In this document: positions 60,207 through 64,000 of the stretch, in pieces
How positions within the stretch are numbered: position 1 is the stretch's first letter
Layout of the letters: each line of letters opens with the position of its first letter
DNA from: Candidatus Planktophila sp.
GTDB taxonomy: Bacteria; Actinomycetota; Actinomycetes; Nanopelagicales; Nanopelagicaceae
Length of the DNA stretch: 64,000 nt
Direction: 5' to 3'
NCBI GenBank assembly: GCA_038906075.1
Contig: JBCKHB010000003.1
Coordinates: 5,958 to 69,957 of the forward strand
Position numbers and translations under genes: made by a program
The notes under the pieces: model-generated
What the model was told of the DNA's origin: nothing
Databases searched by the model: none
What the model saw: the letters and a program-made list of their open reading frames with translations, nothing else

Positions 60207-61328
60207 ATGCGTAAATTTAGGGTTTTTTTCAGCTTCACATTATTGATTTCTTTTCTAACTCCTGTTTCCAACGCAATCGCTGCTCCACTTTCTGGAGTCA
60301 CTTGGACCTTTACCACCGATAATGTGAATATGGGACTATCCGGAGTTAGCCCTTACGTTGAAAAACTTTCAAGTGGTCTAGACAGACTTTATTTTGCATC
60401 ACCTTTAGCGCTTCCAGATCCGATTATGGTTGTTGATTGCACTGATAGCGGCTCTTGCGCACGTCAGACTTTATCTTCGCGATTTAATCCGGATGCAACA
60501 ATCGTCACGTTAAAAGATGGAACTAGAAGGCTTTTTATGGTAAATATGAGCCCATCATCTGGAAAATCAATTCAATTTGCAACTCTTGGGGCAAGCGGAC
60601 TCTCGCACGGCTCTGCAACTTCGATAGGAGTTGCAGGTTCGGATGTTTCAAGTGCGGAAACGGCTTGGGGAGTTCCAGATGCAGTAGTTCTTCCAGATGG
60701 CCGAGTGCGTGTCTATTGGGTTATTAAAGATCCAGCAACTGGTAAGCCGAATTTGCTAGAAGCACTTGCTAGTGCAACATCAACTGATGCCAGTGCCAAT
60801 ACTTTTATTCGTGACGCAGGTTTTAGATTAACTGGCGGTTTTGTAGATTCTAAAATTCTACGCGCAAAAGATAATGACTGGGTGATGATCGTTTCAACTG
60901 GACCAGAGGCGGGAACACAATTCCTCTACATAGCCACATCCAGCGACGGCTTAACATGGCAGGTTTCATCTTCACCCATTTCTTCCAGTAGTGAATCCGC
61001 GCTTGATCCAACGGGTTACGAAGTCTCAAGCAATACTTGGCGAATTTATTACGCTTCAGCAGCCCCCGGCAAAACAATAAATCGCACTTACACCATTAAG
61101 CGCGCAACTCTTTCATGGTCCCCCGCACCAAGTGCGACACCAAGTCCAAATGCGAGTGCGACACCAAGTGCGAGTGCGACACCAAGTGCGAGTGCGACAC
61201 CAAGTGCGAGTGCATTGCCTTCGGTAAATGCCAAAATCACCACAATAACCTGTACTAAAGGTAAGTTAATTAAAAAAGTGAGCAAGAAGACCGCACCAAA
61301 ATGTCCGTCAGGATGGAAAAAGAAATAA
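60207..61328 (+). CDS. secreted protein: probable beta-propeller domain, Ser/Ala/Thr/Pro linker, basic Cys-pair C-terminal module
   Basis: Signal peptide MRKFRVFF...AIA; repeated PD/DP-strand blades, SSDGLTW Asp-box; C-terminus TITCTKGKLIKKVSKKTAPKCPSGWKKK. Confidence 0.8.
   Translation: MRKFRVFFSFTLLISFLTPVSNAIAAPLSGVTWTFTTDNVNMGLSGVSPYVEKLSSGLDRLYFASPLALPDPIMVVDCTDSGSCARQTLSSRFNPDATIVTLKDGTRRLFMVNMSPSSGKSIQFATLGASGLSHGSATSIGVAGSDVSSAETAWGVPDAVVLPDGRVRVYWVIKDPATGKPNLLEALASATSTDASANTFIRDAGFRLTGGFVDSKILRAKDNDWVMIVSTGPEAGTQFLYIATSSDGLTWQVSSSPISSSSESALDPTGYEVSSNTWRIYYASAAPGKTINRTYTIKRATLSWSPAPSATPSPNASATPSASATPSASATPSASALPSVNAKITTITCTKGKLIKKVSKKTAPKCPSGWKKK
61152..61213 (+). repeat. 18-bp coding tandem repeat (ASATPS) x3.4
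   Basis: GCGAGTGCGACACCAAGT at 61152, 61170 and 61188, plus a partial copy. Confidence 0.95.
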
Positions 61329-61330
61329 CT

Positions 61331-62401
61331 TTAATTTCCTAAGACGCCATTATTTCGAGTTATCGCACTTGTAAGCAGCGCTTCAATAATCGCGTTAAAT
61401 TCCATACCGCTAGCTGACCACATTTTTGGAAATGCTGATGTGATTGTAAAACCCGGCATAGTGTTGAGTTCATTGATAAAGACTTCGCCTTTATCGGAAT
61501 AAAAGAAATCCACGCGGGCCAATCCGCTACAGCCAAGGGCCTTAAATGCTTGCACTGCTTTGGTGCGAATTTCCTCACTAATCGCTGAAGGAATTTGCGC
61601 GGGCAATTCGACACTTGTTGCGCCATCTAGGTACTTAGCTTGGAAATCATAAAATTCAAATTTGCTATCTATCTTTATCTCTCCAACGAGGGATGCCCGA
61701 ACTTCGCCATTTACTTCTAAAACGGCGCACTCTAGTTCTTTAGTTGTAATAGCTACTTCAATCATCGCTTTGCGATCATAGGTATGGGTATCGCCAATTG
61801 CCGCTGCAAAATCACTGGCACTCTTTACTTTATGCGTTCCGCGACTTGAACCCCCGCGTGCAGGTTTTACAAAGAGCGGATAGCCGAGGCCATCAACTTT
61901 TTTCTGTAATACTTCTTTTGATACCGCCCATTCTTCGCAAGTTATTACAAAGCCTGGCACTACCTTCATTCCGGCGGCGGCAAAAATTGGTTTTGCAAAA
62001 GATTTATCCATCGCAACAGCCGATGCTAAAACTCCGCTTCCGACATAGGGCAAATTAGCCATTTCGCAAAAGCCCTGAATAGTTCCATCTTCGCCATAAG
62101 GTCCGTGCAGGACAGGGAAAACAATACCGACCCCTAGATTTTTCCCGCTAACGCTAAATCCAGCGACATCGGCCGTTACTTGTGGCGCATTCGCATCTAC
62201 CGTTGGCAATTTTCCATTGGTAATCGATAAAGAATAATCATTAGGCAAAAGAACCCACTTGCCTGCTTTGGTGATGCCAATTAAGACAAAATCATATTTG
62301 GCGCTATCGATGCCAAGGCGAATTCCACCTGCTGAAATACAAGAAATCTCATGTTCGCTGCTGCGTCCGCCGCAAATAATGGCGATTGTTTTTTTACTCA
62401 T
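61331..62401 (-). CDS. ddl: D-alanine--D-alanine ligase
   Basis: GGRSSEHEIS, LHGPYGEDG, FYDFQAKY, NELNTMPGFT. Confidence 0.97.
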   Translation of the reverse strand: MSKKTIAIICGGRSSEHEISCISAGGIRLGIDSAKYDFVLIGITKAGKWVLLPNDYSLSITNGKLPTVDANAPQVTADVAGFSVSGKNLGVGIVFPVLHGPYGEDGTIQGFCEMANLPYVGSGVLASAVAMDKSFAKPIFAAAGMKVVPGFVITCEEWAVSKEVLQKKVDGLGYPLFVKPARGGSSRGTHKVKSASDFAAAIGDTHTYDRKAMIEVAITTKELECAVLEVNGEVRASLVGEIKIDSKFEFYDFQAKYLDGATSVELPAQIPSAISEEIRTKAVQAFKALGCSGLARVDFFYSDKGEVFINELNTMPGFTITSAFPKMWSASGMEFNAIIEALLTSAITRNNGVLGN

Positions 62402-63399
62402 TGAATAAAATTCTCAGAAGTTGTAGAAATCTGCATTAAGCGCGCAAGCGCATCTGCAGGTGTGATATTTCCAGCAACAATGTCGGCTACTGCTTCAATG
62501 ACTGGAACCTCCACTCCAACTCGATGTGCGATTTCAACGACCGCGCTTGACGAGGTTACGCCTTCAACTGTTGTTGCAACCTTGCTGCGCGCATAATCCA
62601 TTGAACCGCTCCGTCCCAGCTCTTCCCCAAAAGTGCGATTTCGCGAAAGTGGTGAACCACAACTTGCCACCAAGTCTCCCATGCCAGCTAGCCCTGCCGC
62701 ACTTAGCGGATCTGCGCCATGGGCAGCGCATAGGCGTGCAACTTCATTTAATCCACGAGTGATTAACATGGCCTGAGTATTTTCGCCAAAATTCATTCCG
62801 ATTGAAATTCCAACGGCTAGTGCGATAACACTTTTAATCGCCCCTGCTAATTCGCAACCTAGCACATCGATAGATGTGTAGACACGGTAATAAGGGGTTG
62901 AAAATAATTTTTGAATATCTTCGGCTAAGGCTAATGATGATGATGCTGCAACTGCGCCGGCAGGTTGGCGCAAGATTAATTCACTCGATAAATTAGGGCC
63001 GGTAAGTACTGCAATTTTTTGATTTCCCGTTACTTCAGCAATTACTTCAGTCATGCGCATTAATGATTGCAGTTCAATGCCTTTTAGCGTGCTGACATAT
63101 ATAGAATTTTGATTTAAGAGTGGTTTCCACTCAATGAGTCTTTGCCGCAAAGTTTGGGCAGGAATTGCCAACACGCAATAAGCAGAATGAGCCAAGGCCG
63201 CTTTAATATCAACAGTTGCCTTCAAGTTCTTTGGCAGCAGAGCGCTTGCCAAATATTTATTATTGGTATGTTCGGTATTTATTTCATCAATAACGCGCTC
63301 ATCGCGCCCCCACATAAGTACATCGTTGCCGCCATCGCATAAAATTTGAGAGAGAGTCGTGCCCCACGAACCAGCGCCGATAACGCTGACTTTTTTCAT
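62398..63399 (-). CDS. gpsA: NAD(P)H-dependent glycerol-3-phosphate dehydrogenase
   Basis: GAGSWGT, KGIE, GPN, GDL...SRN. Confidence 0.96.
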   Translation of the reverse strand: MKKVSVIGAGSWGTTLSQILCDGGNDVLMWGRDERVIDEINTEHTNNKYLASALLPKNLKATVDIKAALAHSAYCVLAIPAQTLRQRLIEWKPLLNQNSIYVSTLKGIELQSLMRMTEVIAEVTGNQKIAVLTGPNLSSELILRQPAGAVAASSSLALAEDIQKLFSTPYYRVYTSIDVLGCELAGAIKSVIALAVGISIGMNFGENTQAMLITRGLNEVARLCAAHGADPLSAAGLAGMGDLVASCGSPLSRNRTFGEELGRSGSMDYARSKVATTVEGVTSSSAVVEIAHRVGVEVPVIEAVADIVAGNITPADALARLMQISTTSENFIQ

Positions 63400-64000
63400 C
63401 GTCGCCTCTTCTTAAAATTGCCAATTCGCGGCAAATCAGAGTTATGCGGGTCAAAAATTTGCGCAGGCCGTTTTTGCCCGCGGATTTCTTCAAGCAATTT
63501 AGTAATAGCAGCCATCACAAAGGCAGTGGCTTCAGTAAGGGCCATTGGGTCGTTCTCGCGTCCATACCATGGCGATAAATCTAGGGCATGGCCCGCATGG
63601 ACATGTATTTGCGTGCGTGGAAATAATTTAATTGTCTTGCCATAAGTTGGCATGACTATCTGATTTCCCCATTGAGCAACGGGTATCACGGGGGTTTTCG
63701 TAATAATCGCCAATCGAGCCAAACCGGTTTTAGCAGCCATAGGCCAATGATCGCGGTCGCGAGTCAGAGTACCTTCGGGATAAACACCGAGCATGTGACC
63801 CGCTTTTAAAATTGCAACTGCGTGGTCGACCGCTTTGCTGGCGCTCGCCGTTTCGCGCTCCACTGGAATTTGCCCAGCCGATAACAAAATCTTGCCGATA
63901 ATTGGAATGCGAAAAATTGAGGCTTTACCTAAATACCGTGGCGCTCGTCCATTCCTAAATAAAAACTGCGCAAAAAATAAAACATCTATATAAGAAGTGT
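63396..64000 (-). CDS. lysophospholipid acyltransferase (5'-truncated by the window edge)
   Basis: Frame open to the window end (..TSYID.. of the HxxxxD motif), YPEGTLTRD. Confidence 0.9.
   Translation of the reverse strand, partial: TSYIDVLFFAQFLFRNGRAPRYLGKASIFRIPIIGKILLSAGQIPVERETASASKAVDHAVAILKAGHMLGVYPEGTLTRDRDHWPMAAKTGLARLAIITKTPVIPVAQWGNQIVMPTYGKTIKLFPRTQIHVHAGHALDLSPWYGRENDPMALTEATAFVMAAITKLLEEIRGQKRPAQIFDPHNSDLPRIGNFKKRRR

Overview
Chromosomal window from a small-genome, AT-rich (roughly low-to-mid 40s %GC by eye) actinobacterium. The gene set, gene order, tight packing and protein style fit the freshwater acI lineage (Ca. Nanopelagicales / Planktophila-like); this is inferred, not database-checked. 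Most of the window is housekeeping: ino1-padR, glkA-SRPBCC-fadD-pimB', rnd, fadAB, dxs, acnA, trkA x2, dut, hflX-dapF-miaA-miaB, trmD-rimM-khpA-rpsP, ffh-ftsY-smc-rnc-rpmF, coaD-rsmD-recG-rpmB-thiL and ddl-gpsA-plsC. Three accessory spots stand out. (1) A ~2 kb integrase-less island (8733-10914) sits in the 3' end of a LuxR response regulator. It is bounded by a 116-bp direct repeat and carries a 14-bp core repeat, paired arm-type repeats, a decayed tRNA-Ser(GCU) 3' half with terminator and an IS3 end. Its cargo is a secreted C-type-lectin-fold (DUF1566/Lcl-like) gene whose 3' end looks like a diversity-generating-retroelement (DGR) variable region, with no RT or template repeat in the window. 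(2) An ethanolamine/choline gamma-glutamylation catabolic cluster (33976-44135) includes a high-GC, recently imported permease. (3) An amtB relic with a GlnR-type box lies between ftsY and ffh. About 19 genes have a TANNNT -10 element 6-7 nt before the start codon (leaderless architecture). No CRISPR array, rRNA or intact tRNA was seen.
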